Shown: in pieces, positions 1 through 12,810 of the stretch
Layout of the letters: every line of letters begins with the position of its first letter
How positions within the stretch are numbered: the first letter of the stretch is position 1
NCBI GenBank assembly: GCA_013265495.1
Contig: MU061579.1
Coordinates: 4,897,146 to 4,961,145, forward strand
Direction: 5' to 3'
Length of the DNA: 64,000 bases
Origin: Vicugna vicugna
Lineage: Eukaryota
The notes under the pieces: model-generated
The model's database searches: none
The model's input: only the letters and a program-made list of their open reading frames with translations
Told to the model about the DNA's origin: nothing
Program-made: the position numbers and the translations under genes

Positions 1-1571
1 ACACTGAGGATGAAGAGTGGGACAAGGGGGTGGATGGGGGCAGCACACTCTGCCCTATGAAATAATAAGATATCTCTGACCCAGAAAACATATCAAATGT
101 TCTTTGTTTTCTTTCCCTTGTACAGTCTATTTCCTGATATAATTAATTTCTTTATTGATTAACTATGATCTTATAACTCGGTCAGCAGGGAGGTATAATT
201 GGGAAGAATTAGCAGTCACTGGAGAGCCATTTTTGAAGACAAGTGAAAAATCTCTACTATCTATATAGTATGTATGTTGGACATTAACAATCTTCATGTG
301 GTTATATTTTAGGAAATTAAAATTGGAAGCAATTAAAAATAAAATATTGACTCATATTGTTCATTCATTATGTGCTTCTGTGATCCCTGAAAGACTCAGC
401 AGTGCTCTGACAATGAATACAATCATAGAAATGCTTCCATTAAATGCTTTAATCACTTCCCTTCTTGACTATTGCAATTACCTCCTTTATTGTCTTCTTA
501 AATTCTTACTGTCTGAGCATCAGGGGGTCCAAAATGTTGCAGAAAAGAATTGTACTTTTTCTAATTCCAGCACATGAAATAATAGGCATTCTTACGCTTG
601 TATCCTCTCATTAATTCAGTGACAAAACTTGAAATTAAAGTTATCTCACTATGTGACTTAAAGAAGCAACTCCTTTGAAGAGAAATTAGGGGGGTAAAAT
701 CAAGAGATTGAGAAAATATAGAAGAGGCATAGTACCAAGGAGTTAAGTGAACAAGTATAAAAAATAAGAAAAAAGAAAGAAATGAAAACTTAAAAGATGA
801 GAAGAGACAAATGTACAGAGGTCTATACTAGAAATAAACAAAAGGGAAACTGCAATTTTAAAGATAAAGCTGGAATATCATTGTCTTCAGCATAGTCTTA
901 TACCAGAATTTGTTTCAAAAAATAATAATTTGTAAGAAAACTAAAAAGAAACATTAGAGGAAATGTGTAAGGTATTTAAGGTATGACATTTAATATACAT
1001 TTACAATGTACTTAATATTTATTTGTAAAAGATTCATCAGTATTTGTGAGCCCCAGTTTAGCAAAGTCTGTATAGTTACAAAAATATGTTAAATATTTAG
1101 AGGATAATCTTTATCTTTTGATTTTTGAGGACATAGAGAACAATAGTGAACTCTGACCCAACAACTTAATTCTCTAATATTCTTTTTGATTCCATTCTGC
1201 ACTTACTTTCTCTAACTTTTAATTTCTAAAAGTACAAATTAAATATAATGCTAATGTGAGTCCTTATCTTGTGTTCAATAATATTTTATTCTTAGCATAA
1301 AGTGTAAAAACTGAAGTTAGAAGTATATGATTTTAAAGTTTCCTTGTGAATTTTTAATGTGCATATTTAATATTTGGCACTGCTTAATTTGTTTGATTTT
1401 TAAAATTATGAATACCCTTCACTTCTGCCATTTTTTCCTAATAAGCTATGTTTAATTGAATATACTTTTAAATCAAAACTGAGTTCTATTTTTTTCATAC
1501 TATACCTTCAAACAGTAAGATAAGTGATGTAAACTTTTCAGTATAAATCCAATGTAGTTATTCTAAAATGT

Positions 1572-2050
1572 TGTTGGGAATCAGAGCAGGCCACCTCAAA
1601 ATATACAAAAGTGGCATATTGATTATTTTGAATTACAGTTACTTGAGAAACAGCCAGTGCAGGAAGAACCCTCTGACCCTCCTCTGAAAACAAGAAAAAA
1701 AAAATTCCCATGTGAAAGGTACCCTACCTGCAGCAGGAGGTAGAAAGTGAGACTTGCCAGAGACGGGGAATTCAAGGCTTAGAGGCTTTGTAAACAAATT
1801 CTGCTTAAATGTTTCACTCTTAGCACCCAAGCTCAAGTGTCTTTGTTAATTCTTCACAGATGATTGTTTCTTTGTCTGGAAGGTGTAAAAGCTGCCTGCT
1901 TTGGTCACTTCTTTGGTACCATATCTGTGAGACCTCCATATGTACAAAATTAAATTTGATATTCTTCCATTAATATGTCTTATGTCAATTTAATTATTAG
2001 ACCAGCCAAAAGAACCCAGAAGAGTAAAGGAAAGTTTTCCCTCCCTGACC
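1572..2050 (+). mobile_element. Solo LTR, ERV1 class, MER34-like
   Basis: Starts TGTTGGGAATCAGAGCAGGCCACCTCAAAATAT...GGCATATTGATTATTTTGA and ends AAGAGTAAAGGAAAGTTTTCCCTCCCTGACC, resembling recalled MER34-group termini. Flanks ATGT/ATGA may be a degenerate 4-bp TSD. Confidence 0.75.
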
Positions 2051-3289
2051 ATGATTCACATTTAATTATCTTATTGAAATTTATCTGTGATTAGCAATTG
2101 CTCTGTGCTTATACGTATATCCTTGTCATCTGTCCCTTTAGTTTATTTATTAATTTTTCAGCTTTAGCAAATATTTAGAAATAAAATTTACTCCAATTTT
2201 CTCTTTTCCATCTTTTCCAATTACTTGGAAGATGGGTAATTTGTCTTTACTATACTGTGTGTGTATATTTATGTGCATGTATATATATATAATCACACAT
2301 AATTGAGAATTTGCATTTATGAAATCATTCTTAATGGAATTCCTTATGATACAAGAATAGGGTTTTGAAAAGCTAAGTGGGCGTTTCAGGACCCTTTTGG
2401 CTTTAATAATCTCAAGGAACATTGGTTGCATCCTTTATTCTCTGTTGTCTTGTAAATTACTCAAATTGGCCTTGGGCCATCTGAGGTGGGGAAAAGGCCC
2501 AGCATGATGATCTCCAGCCTGGAGCTATTCATTATTCATTTAATTATTAATACTTCATATGTAAAGTCTACTTCATTGAGGGGGGAAAACACTGAGAAGA
2601 CAAACATCTTATAAACTTGTAGTATATGTAAAAGCACTGCCAGTAATTCATTGCATTACTATGGACCGGGTGTGGGAGTCAGAAAAAAAAAATGTCTAAA
2701 ATAATCATTTAGACATTTGTGGTTGGGCAGGTTTTCACTTGGCCTTCCAGATAACAGCACGATTCTTGTTCAAAATCTATCATTGTTCTCAGCTACATGT
2801 CACTGACTGGCAGTAATAAAAGATGCCACACAATATGGCTTGTGTCACTTTGTGCAAACCAATTTGTGGTCAAAGGAGAGTCACAAAGCATCCAGCTGGA
2901 ATATAATTACTTACTGATGATTATATAAAGAGTCAGTGAAGGCTGTGTCTATGCAACCCGAAGAGAAATGAAGATTTTATACTTATTAAGCTTATTAGAT
3001 TGATGTGAGGAATAAAGAAAGCCCAAACCAAATTGCTTTGAGTAGAATTTTCTTTTTAGCAATTATCTAGTTTACTTGACCCATGCTCTATTGTACAGTG
3101 TGCTCTGCCAACCAATCTTGTATCTATGTATAAAAAATCTGGAGAGGTTATTTGTACTGACTGACCCAGACACTACTTCTGATTTAAGACAGATGAGCAG
3201 AATATCTGGGAATTCACTTACACATTACTATATTATTGTATTCAAAAATAGATATTGAGTGAATAGATATTGGGTGTGTGTATATTTAG

Positions 3290-3290
<1 letters not shown>

Positions 3291-3340
<50 letters not shown>
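3291..3340. repeat. Compound microsatellite (TG)7(TA)18
   Basis: Directly visible. Confidence 0.95.
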
Positions 3341-3343
<3 letters not shown>

Positions 3344-4549
3344 CATATGTGCTGTCCTTGTTTTAAGTATTAGAATATGGGATAAACAAAACTGAAAAAC
3401 TTCCTGTGTGTAGAAGCTTATTATTCATACCAGAATAATATGAATAATAATGAGATAGTCAAGGTACTATCAAGGTAGGAAGAGGCAAAACCAAAACATT
3501 TTAGAAAGAAATGTTTTCTAATCTAGTGTGGACAAGATTTCAATGTAAATTAATATAATGATAAATATATACTTTGATCGACACATCTACTCTGGTAATA
3601 CACACCATTACTCTTTTTGGCTTTACTTATCAAAATTTCCATTATTTTCTTGGGTTAGAGGGTCAACATTTCTGACTTAGGTTGATATAGTCACATATTA
3701 TGGATCTAAATCACTAATAGCCATTTGTTTGAGATAGACACCGACCAATTCTAGGAAAAATGTATCAGTTTTCACTACGGCGACAGGTAGATCAGGGAGA
3801 GAGAAGCACAGCCCTTACCACATGGAAGGGGAGAAAAGCAGGCCGAGGGGAGCAGGCAGGGTGGCGGGTAGTAACCCAGAGCAATACTCATTCCAATGAT
3901 ACCAAGAAAGGTCTAGGGTTTTACGTAAAGGGTGGCGGAGGGGGGGAGTCCTATTTTTGAACACAGTTTTTGGAAGATGCTGGACTAAAATAGAGGACAA
4001 AATCTTTTAAATTACAAAATGTACAATACAGATCTTCTCATATCATTTACTATAGGCTAAACAATGCACATTCTGAATTTCCAAATGACTACATACTACA
4101 CACAGCTTCCTAAACTGCTACTCAGTACAACTTACTGTGGTAAATGCTAAGCAATTCAGGATTCCCTATTTGTCCTCATTTATGAGCCTGCTCTGGGATT
4201 TAAATCAGTCTTCCCGCAGGTCGCTAACTGTTGGAGAAGCTGAATCTGGTCTGTCCTCAATTGCTGTTGAGATTTTGAAACATGTGACAACCTCCTGCCT
4301 CCATGGCCGTTGACCACATGCGCAGCCACAAGCAACCACATTCAAACAGTGTCTCTGCTTTCCTGCTCAGAACGACGTCTTCATTCTTGTGAGTACATAG
4401 AGTTGATAAAACTAATCAACCAAGTGCACAAAGAAATAAAAAAAATTTTGAAAAATAAGCTGTAAAGAGAATTAATATAGGTGTTGTGACAGAGTGTCTT
4501 TAGATTAGGTGTCATTCTCTTCTTAAGGAATAACTTGGGGATCAGGGAG

Positions 4550-4920
4550 GATCAGGCAGGGTTGACCCAGGCACACAGAAACCACAGCTGCTATTTTTAA
4601 CAGAAAGACTTTGATCAAAGGGATTGTTTAACAAGCATTGATGAGTGGCGAAATCAGAAAGGCAGCATAGAGCTAACAGAATTTAATTTCAGGAAGCAAC
4701 TCACATCCTTAAGGCCAGCGGAAAGAAGGAGAAAGTCAGAACGGTCAGAATAATCTAGCAGCTTGGAGAAGGGAACCTGGGGAGGCTGACAGTTTACTGA
4801 GGAGCAAGCACTGCGCAGCTGGTGTTGGTACCACAGAAACTTAGAGGCAGGGACCCTCAGGGCTGGGACTTGGCCCTCTGGGCAGACGGTGTTATCTTGC
4901 TGCTGCTAGCGCCTCCGAGC
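4550..4920 (-). mobile_element. ERVL-class LTR fragment, LTR41/LTR40-like
   Basis: CAGGGTTGACCCAGGCACACAGAAACCACAGCTGCTATTTTTAACAGAAAGACTTTGATCAAAGGGATTGTT resembles the reverse complement of an ERVL LTR 3' end. Same family as 11634-12216 in the opposite orientation. Confidence 0.6.
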
Positions 4921-4924
4921 AGAG

Positions 4925-5419
4925 TGTTCTCTCTTCCTGTCTAACCAAGTTCACAAAGGTGGTGGCTTGAAACAACATTAAAACAGCATCCTCTTTTCTC
5001 CCCTCCCCTCCCCACAGTCCTGTAAGTCAGAAATCTGAGCAGGCTGGGCTGCATTTTAGGCTCAGTGTCTCACAAGGACAAAGACAAAATATTGTCCAGC
5101 TCGGCTCTTATCTGGAGGTGCTGGGAAAGAATCACCTCTAAGCTCATGCAGGTTGTTGGCAGAACACAGTTACTGTAGCTATGGGTCTGTTTTCTTGCTG
5201 GTTGTCAAGTAGGAACTGCCTTTAGGTTTTGATGCCCCCTGCATTCCTAGTTGCTTGTCCCTCCCAATCTTCAAAATTCCCTGCTTGTAAGGAATCCTTC
5301 AATTAGATTAGGCCCACACAGACAGTCTCCTCTTTCTAAAGTCAACTTTGTCATACAACATAGCACAATCTCAGAAGTTTCAAGACCTTATGAATGTGGG
5401 TGTGCATAATCTTGGGGAC
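4925..5419 (-). mobile_element. MaLR LTR (MLT1D/E-like)
   Basis: GGTGGCTTGAAACAACA...TCTCACAAGG...GCTCATGCAGGTTGTTGGCAGAA...TTAGATTAGGCCCACACAGACAGTCTCC are MLT1 motifs on the antisense strand. Confidence 0.75.
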
Positions 5420-5776
5420 TGTATTTTCAAGAACTGTGTCACAAAGTACCAAAAACTGGGTGATTTAGAACAGCAGACATTTATTCTTTCACAGTTTAGG
5501 AGGCTAGAAGTCCAAAGCTGAGGTGTTGGCAAGATTGGTTCCTTTTGGAAGGCTCAGAGGGAGAGTCTGTTACATAGCTTTTTTATTTTCTGGTGCTTCT
5601 GGAAATCCTTGGTGTTGCTTGGTTTGCAGCTGCATGAACACAGATTCTGCCATTGTAATCAAATAGACATCTTTCCTCTGTGTGTGTGTGTCTTCACACG
5701 GTGGTCTCCTCTCTGTATGTGTCTAACGCTGTATTTTTTCTCCTCTTATAAGAATACTAGTCAAATTGGCTTAAGG
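5420..5776 (-). mobile_element. MaLR LTR (MLT1B/C-like), truncated
   Basis: ACAAAGTACCAAAAACTGGGTGATTTAGAACAGCAGACATTTATTCTTTCACAGTTTAGGAGGCTAGAAGTCCAAAG...CTTATAAGAATACTAGTCAAATTGG. Confidence 0.75.
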
Positions 5777-6145
5777 TCTTTAAGATGTAAATTGTCAGAA
5801 ATATCTTTCTAAAGGAGTTGGGGGCCATCCTTTGAAATGTAGTCATCAAAGAAGATAGACCCTTCATCTTTCAGTCTCTGTGGGAGGGTAGGAACCTAAC
5901 AGCTTTGATAAGCTACAATTAGCAAACACAGATGGTCTAACCACACTGACCGTTCTCCCCACTAATGTCCTCCCGGATTTTTCCATTAGGTTATCCCAGC
6001 ATTTAAAAATCCCCCTGCTTTTTGCTTCAGAAGAGTTGAATGCAGTCTTTCTTTTCTGTTTCAATAGTTTTGAGTCCTATTGCAACAGTCTTTGAATAAA
6101 ATCCTTCCTGTCTGTTTAACAGGTCCAGTGCAATTTTCTTCAACA
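5777..6145 (+). mobile_element. ERV1 (MER4-group) LTR, 3' part
   Basis: TTTAAAAATCCCCCTGCTTTTTG, then AATAAA near 6095, ending GCAATTTTCTTCAACA. Confidence 0.6.
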
Positions 6146-6149
6146 CTAT

Positions 6150-6560
6150 AGATGAAGAGATGTGATTAAACCTGGAATATTGTTTGGAGTTAGAGTTGCC
6201 AATAAATTAGATACGGGAGTGAATTACAGGCAGGAATAAAAGCTATAACCTAGATTGCTAAATGGCACAACTGGGTCAATGGTTGTCCATTTACTGTAAT
6301 AAATACAACTTAAGGAGTAAATTTAGACAGATAATTAGCAGTTCTCCGTTGCCTATTTTGAGATATTTATTAGCCTTCCAACTGTTTACATCAGATGGCC
6401 AAGTAGATACATAAATGTCAATTTATGGGGAGGAGACAGAGATGGTGACCTAATTTTTGAGTTACCAGAATAGAGATGATATTGTAGCCTAGAGGTTACA
6501 TAAAGTCATCTAGGAAGAACGATTAGATAAAGTTACAATAAGACAGAATACCTGGGGTAT
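6150..6560 (-). mobile_element. L2 LINE fragment
   Basis: AACTGGGTCAATGGTTGTCCATTTACTG...TTTTGAGATATTTATTAGCCTTCCAA...TTTTTGAGTTACCAGAATAGAGATG is typical antisense L2. Confidence 0.6.
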
Positions 6561-8324
6561 TCCTTACAGCCAAGGATTCTTAAATAGAAGCCATGTCTTT
6601 AACATGGTCAGCAACAGTTCCCTCAAGTAGTCCAGAAGGATTCTGTAACAGTTTACACAGAAGTTTGCACTCGGTCTATATCCCCATTTATACTATCTTT
6701 ATTCAACGCCTAGAAATGTGCCTTGGTCACAGAAACCCAGAATGAAGTGAGGAGCTTACACCTCTTTGATTTGTCCTGCTTTTAATTCATATTTGGGATA
6801 GAATATTTTAGTTTTTATCTAGTTTATTTTCACATTAAAATGTCCAATAGCTAATGATAACGAACACTTCTATTCTAGATATTTAGATGCATCAGTGTTA
6901 CATCAGTCCTTTGTTTTATCAATAAGTCTTTGAAAGAAGTGTTTCAATACAGCTCAGTCCCTGAAGGAGTTTGATTTGAAAGGTAGGAGGTTGAGAAAGG
7001 GAATCGGCAGTTAAAGGGGCTCTTCAGCACAAACCAGCCCTAAGAGATACAGCGTTACTAAGTCATTAAAATAGTAATAAACAGGGAAAATGTAGATCAG
7101 ACACATGGGACATTTATCAAGAAGTAAAAAGCTTATACGTGTTCTCAGAAAGATAGGTGGGAGGAAAAATCAGCAGAACAAAGTCTCTCTCTGAGGATTT
7201 CATGCAAGTGGACCACACAGACGCCGGCACTTTGCTGCCCCTGGGAGAGGTAAAAGGCAAGCTTTGTCTGTCAGCAGGAGACTGCTGTCAGCCTCTGTCT
7301 CCAAGCTCTTCTTTGTTTTAACATCCTAAGCTTAACTGACAGCACTCACCCCCGCTGTCCACCTCCTCAGTTCCTGTTCATGCTCTGTTGAGTGTTTCTG
7401 AACAAACTAAACTTTAGGCTGGACTCCTTAGAGTAAATTGGTTCTCTGCCTCTTGGTTCAGTGAATATCCTTTCCAAATGATAGTATTCCCAGTAATCCA
7501 ACAGAAAACAACATCAGCAACTTACTAAACTTCCAGCACACTGGAAGTGTTTCATGCTTTATTCTTGCAGAGATTTTGATAGTCAGTGTATTCGTGTCCA
7601 AGGATTTTGAACATCTTTCTTAGCCTCCCAATCCTCACTATTCACTATTTCTTTCCAAAGGTAATTTGGCTAGAGACAGCCATCTTTTCACTCTGTCCTT
7701 ACATGGCACATGGCACCATTATATATCACCTCTGCATTTCCTAGTTTGACTGCAGAACCACGAATAGGTTCACAGCATTCTATTCTTCTAAATTTATACT
7801 AATTTTTGAAATGCCCAATTATTCCAAATATATTAAGTATATTTACTTATCTTTTATATAATTGTACATGTTTCAAGGTTAAAAACTGTCTTTATTCACT
7901 CAAAATAATTTATGTAAGTACCTAATATATATCCCAGACTATGGGTAAATAGGACAGTTGAGTTCAATGGCTATTAAAAATGCTGAAACATAGCATCTCT
8001 TTAAATACACAATGTAGCAGCGGATCTTTTCTATTCCAGCAAAGAGACAATAATTGCCATGAATAGGAAGGTCAGAAAAGTTAACCCCTGTTGTAGGGGG
8101 CCCATGTCCTCTTCATGCTTAGAAGGCTGGAAGCTTAAAATCAATTTCTGTAACAAAGCAAGTCAGTGCTTTCTTAGTCCTACTGTGACAATCAAAATAC
8201 ATTTACTGCGGTACCTGCAGCTTCTATTTTCATATGGAAAAAAAACAGAAATAGTAGAAAGAGGGGAAGACAATTCTAGGAGAAAGATATTCAACTAACA
8301 TGCATGAAAATCAGAATTAAGGAT

Positions 8325-8470
8325 AGTGGTAGAGTAATTTCATGAATGGCCCTAATTAATTACCTCCCTGTATTTTACCTTTGCCCTAAGAATGTGTAGT
8401 CCCTTTGCAATCTGACACTGGCCCTGGTCATGAGATTCATTTTGTTCAAAAGGTGTTAGCATACATGACA
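8325..8470 (+). mobile_element. Old MaLR (MLT1) LTR 5' fragment, possibly followed by MaLR internal sequence to ~10.1 kb
   Basis: AGTGGTAGAGTAATTTCATGAATGGCCCTAATT...TGGCCCTGGTCATGAGATTCATTTTG. GGACACTGATTGGGTAGAAGGG at ~8585 resembles MaLR/ERVL internal sequence. Confidence 0.35.
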
Positions 8471-8990
8471 TGTGGGCAGTGGATTTCATGGAACTTAACA
8501 ATTCTCCCACTCATGCCCTAAAGTGGTCTCAAATGAGTATCCTACATGGTAGATGAGCATGCATATTGAAATACGTTCCAGTTGGGACACTGATTGGGTA
8601 GAAGGGTAGTCTCTGACTTTCAGGAAGAATTTCCACCTTAGTTATAATAAAGGATAATTCCTTCTCTTGATCACTATGTCCATCTGTTCTCTTGAATCTG
8701 TTTTATACTCTGAAAGGCAAAACTCAAACTCAAAGTTCACTTTAAAACCCTAAAGGATGAGCAGAATAAGCTGGGTAGAGTTTTCCCAGGAGAGAACCAC
8801 ACATAAGCAAATCCTGCAGGAAAGAGAACAGTGCAATTCTGCTCTTACCAGGGATGGGACATCGTTTCCCCTAGTCTTAGTCCTGACTGCTACCACTGGC
8901 AAGACAGGTAATATGACACACTTTTTAAGATAGGCTTATTGTTTTTAGATCCTTGTTAAGATTGATTAAGACACTGGTTTGAAACAGCTG

Positions 8991-9913
8991 TCAGAAGACC
9001 CAAACAGACATTTCTCCAATGAAGACATACAAATGCTCAACAGGCACATAAAAAATGCTTGATGCCACACTAGTTATCAGAGAAATGCAAATCAAAACTA
9101 CAGTGAGGTATCACCTCACACCAGTCAGAATGGCCATCATTCAAAAGTCCACAAACAACTGCTGGAGAGGGTATGGAGAAAAGAGAACCCTTCTACACTG
9201 TTGGTAGGAAGCTAAATTGGTGCAGCCACTATGGAGAATAGTATGGAGGTTCCTTTAAAAACTGAAAACAGACTACCATATGATCCAGCAATCCCACTCC
9301 TGGGCATATATTCAGAGAAAACTCTAACTCAAAAAGATACATGCACCCCAATGTTTATAGCAGCACTATTCACAACAGCCAAGATATGGAAGCAATCTAA
9401 GTGTCGATCAACAGATGACTGGATAAAGAAGATGTGGTATATATATATAATGGAATACTACTCAGCCATAAAAATGAAACAGTGCCATTTGCAGCAACAT
9501 GGATGCACCTAGAAATGATCACATTAAGTGAAGTCAGTCAGAGAAAGATAAATATCATGTGATATCAATTGTATGTGGAATCTAAAAAAATGACACAAAT
9601 GAACTTATTTACAAGGCAGAAACAGACACACAGACATAGAAAACAGACTTATGGTTACCAAAAGGGAAAGTGGGGGAAGGAGGGATAAATTAGGAGTTTG
9701 GAATCTGCAGAACCTAACTACTATATATAAAATAGACAAACAAGTTTCTACTATATAGCATAGGGAACTATATTCAATAACTTCTAATAACCTATAATGA
9801 ACAAGAACATGAAAAAGAATATATATATATATGTATAACTGAATCATTATGCTATACAGCAGAAACTAACATGACATTGTAAATCAACTATAATTTCATT
9901 AAAAAAAAAAGAA
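8991..9913 (+). mobile_element. 5'-truncated L1, relatively young cetartiodactyl-type (ORF2 C-terminus, 3'UTR, polyA)
   Basis: ORF 9231-9512 contains [13 protein letters not shown]...CTPMFIAALFT...DWIKKMWYIY (L1 ORF2 C-terminus). PolyA at 9901-9910. TSD TGAAACAGCTG at 8980-8990 and 9914-9924. Confidence 0.97.
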
Positions 9914-11633
9914 TGAAACAGCTGCCACTGAGTATACCTCATAGCTATACCCAAATATGTAACATCAGCTTGAAGTTGTGGACACGATCTGTATGGGAAC
10001 TTGCAGGGTTAAAGCTCGGCCATGAGCTTTCTGTGGAGAGAGGAATAATTCTTCTCCCTTGACCATAATAAGCTGTGTGTGAATCGTGGTGTGCCATTCC
10101 TAAACTCCCGTTTCAAAGAAGAAGAGGAGCATCAGCCTGAAAAGTAGAAAAGGGCATTATTTATTTAACATATATAAATAATTATAAGGTGACAAGAAGT
10201 CTTCACTCTCTAAAGGGGAGGATGACACATGGCTAGGGGGTGCCACAGGAGCATGTGGAAATGTCAAGACATCACTCTACAACTCTGGCCCATTTTCTCC
10301 ACCTTTTGCATTTATCATTTCTCACATGAGATTTATAGTCTCTGAATTTCAGATTTTGGAAGTGTAGTGGCTATAACCATGAATAAAATATGCCAGTGTA
10401 CACGTTATTAATCTCCTGTGCTCTTCTGGCACTTGTGTGGGGTCTAGCTGAATTTAGATGATAGCATATTCATTCTGCACTGCTTCTATTAAGAATCTTT
10501 TCTCACAGCTTTTTAAAATAAGCTTTCAGGTTTGTCTGAATCCCTACTCTGGAATTTTAGTAAGTCCATTCCTTTTCTCAGTGATCTGAAAGATTGCAAT
10601 GGGTAATGAGAAATGTTCACTCTTGAGGAAAAAAAATATTTTCTATTTAAAATGTTTAGAAACTGGTGTTTATCTGAGATTGGGAAAAGGGTTAGTATCA
10701 AATGTAACAAAATGCAGTAGTACACATTAAGTCAATTTTAATATACAGCAGATGGGGAGATATAAATTCTAAATTATTTTAGGTGCACTGCCTGAAACCT
10801 AACATACTCATAGTTTTCCCGTAAGGTTAAATTTTAATAATGTTTCTTTATAAATATGCTAGAATCAAACTGATTTAGATTCTGGTGCTATCACAAAGAC
10901 AGTCTCTAATTTTCAATTCATTTTTGCTTATTGTCAGCTATGAACTGCATATATGAATTTCTCCATTCCAAGAGCTTGTCATTATGCAAAGATAAATATA
11001 CAATTATAATACTATGAGATAAGTATAGAATTATATGCAAATGTCTTGCATATTTTGAAAATATGATATATTCTTTAACAGAGTTTGGAAATGTGACACA
11101 AAAGTTACCTTCCTAAAATGCTGTTTCCTTATGCATTTTTCTAATTTAAATATTCTAATATTTGACTAAAAGTAAACTAAAAACTAAACAAAATAATATC
11201 TATTGAAATGCACAAGAATTCATGAAAATGTTGATATATATTACTTATCTTGTTAAAAGGAAAATATATTTATCAGTGAGTTAGGTAATTTTATTTCTAT
11301 GACTTGTGTTTTTTTTTTTAAACTTGATTTGATCTCTTGCTGCTAGAATATTTATTTTCATCCCTCTTGAACAAGCTTCTGAACAGACTTTTGGTTGGCC
11401 TTTGGGAGTAATCCTGCTTCATTTATTAAGAATATTGCTATCACCAGATCAAAGTATTTTTATATTCTACTGTTGCTTTTGTTTAGAAGATAATATAATT
11501 CAGAAATGTCGTTATGGGAAAACATCCATATTACGAACTCAAAAATAACAAAATATTCTCATATCACTAAATATTTCAGAACCTCCTGTTCTATTGTCTC
11601 TTATTTTCAAACTCACTCTTTTATATTCTATTT

Positions 11634-12216
11634 TGTGATGCGGGACCGGGGCTCTGCAAACCACATTTCTTCTTTGCCGGCTCTTAAGTCCCACGCAGCA
11701 GGGGCAGTGGTGAGAAACTGGGAGGCTTGAGGAAGAAAAAGGGACTTGCTCTTTCCCTTGGCTTTGTTTCCCTGTAGCATCACCCCACAGTGCTTCTTCA
11801 GCTCAGCAGGGTATTGGTTACAGTAAGAGAACGTAATTTCAACTTGCAGGTCTTCCCTATACTTCAAGGATCTGCCGTAGCTCACCTCCTCTTGATAGCT
11901 ACTAGCCAGCCAGCTCCTCTTCCTCAGAGGTCTGGCCGAGTCTGGGCTCCACAGGCCCCTCATTTATCTGAGCACCTCAAGTTCAAGCATTTGAGGTCAG
12001 ACCACCAGCGGAGCAATACCCCTCCTCGGAGAAGTCTGAATCCTGAATTGGTACAGCTCCTCCCTTTCTTTCTTCACTCTTATTTCCTGTAATTACTACC
12101 TCTGTAATACCATGGCGTATCTTTTTTTGCCTTTTTAGCTTTCCAGCACCTAGTTAACAATTCTTTAAATGACATTTTCTGTTAGTATAGCTGGAGTGAA
12201 CGGTCTCCTGACCTCA
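11634..12216 (+). mobile_element. ERVL-class solo LTR, LTR41-like
   Basis: TGTGATGCGGGACCGGGGCTCTGCAAACCACATTTCTTCTTTGCC...GGGACTTGCTCTTTCC and 3' AACAATTCTTTAAATGACATTTTCTGTT...GTCTCCTGACC. GC-richer than the flanks. Confidence 0.65.
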
Positions 12217-12609
12217 CCAAAAGGTGCAGAAGCAAAAAGCACTTACGAGTCAGTCTACTTCTCAACCTTAATTTTAAGATTAAACCCTCAGTCTTAAGAG
12301 GTAGATTTACCCCAGTTTCTAGAACGTTATTATGAATACAACTATATTGTGAATGTTGAGGGAGTGCTGACTCAAGATAAGCGGAGGGACAAGAATGAAA
12401 ACATAACAAACTGCCCTCTGTTCAAGATGTTTCCTCTATATATGTTATCATACTTAAGGAAGAAAAAGATTATCCACAGATTATTGATAAGATTATTTTA
12501 AAATTTGAATTTCATCTAATCTCAGGAGTCGGTAATTTAGATTAAAATATTTGCTTAACCTTTAATACAGGTAGAAATCCAGTAATACTAGCAATAATTA
12601 CAAAAAACA

Positions 12610-12810
12610 TTACTAGCTACTACTTATTAAGTACTTATTTCTTTGAAAGCATTCTATTAAGTGCTTTGCATATCTTATTTCATTTGCTCTTCAAAAAACA
12701 CTTCAGATAATAAAAAACTCATTATTATCACTGTTTTCAAAGGAGGTGCAGATATATGAAATAATTCGTAGATAATCACATATTAATTGAGGCAAGATGG
12801 GAACTCAAGG
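12610..12810 (-). mobile_element. MIR SINE
   Basis: TAGCTACTACTTATTAAGTACTTA...TAAGTGCTTTGCATATCTTATTTCATTTGCTCTTCA...GATGGGAACTCAAGG. Confidence 0.65.
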
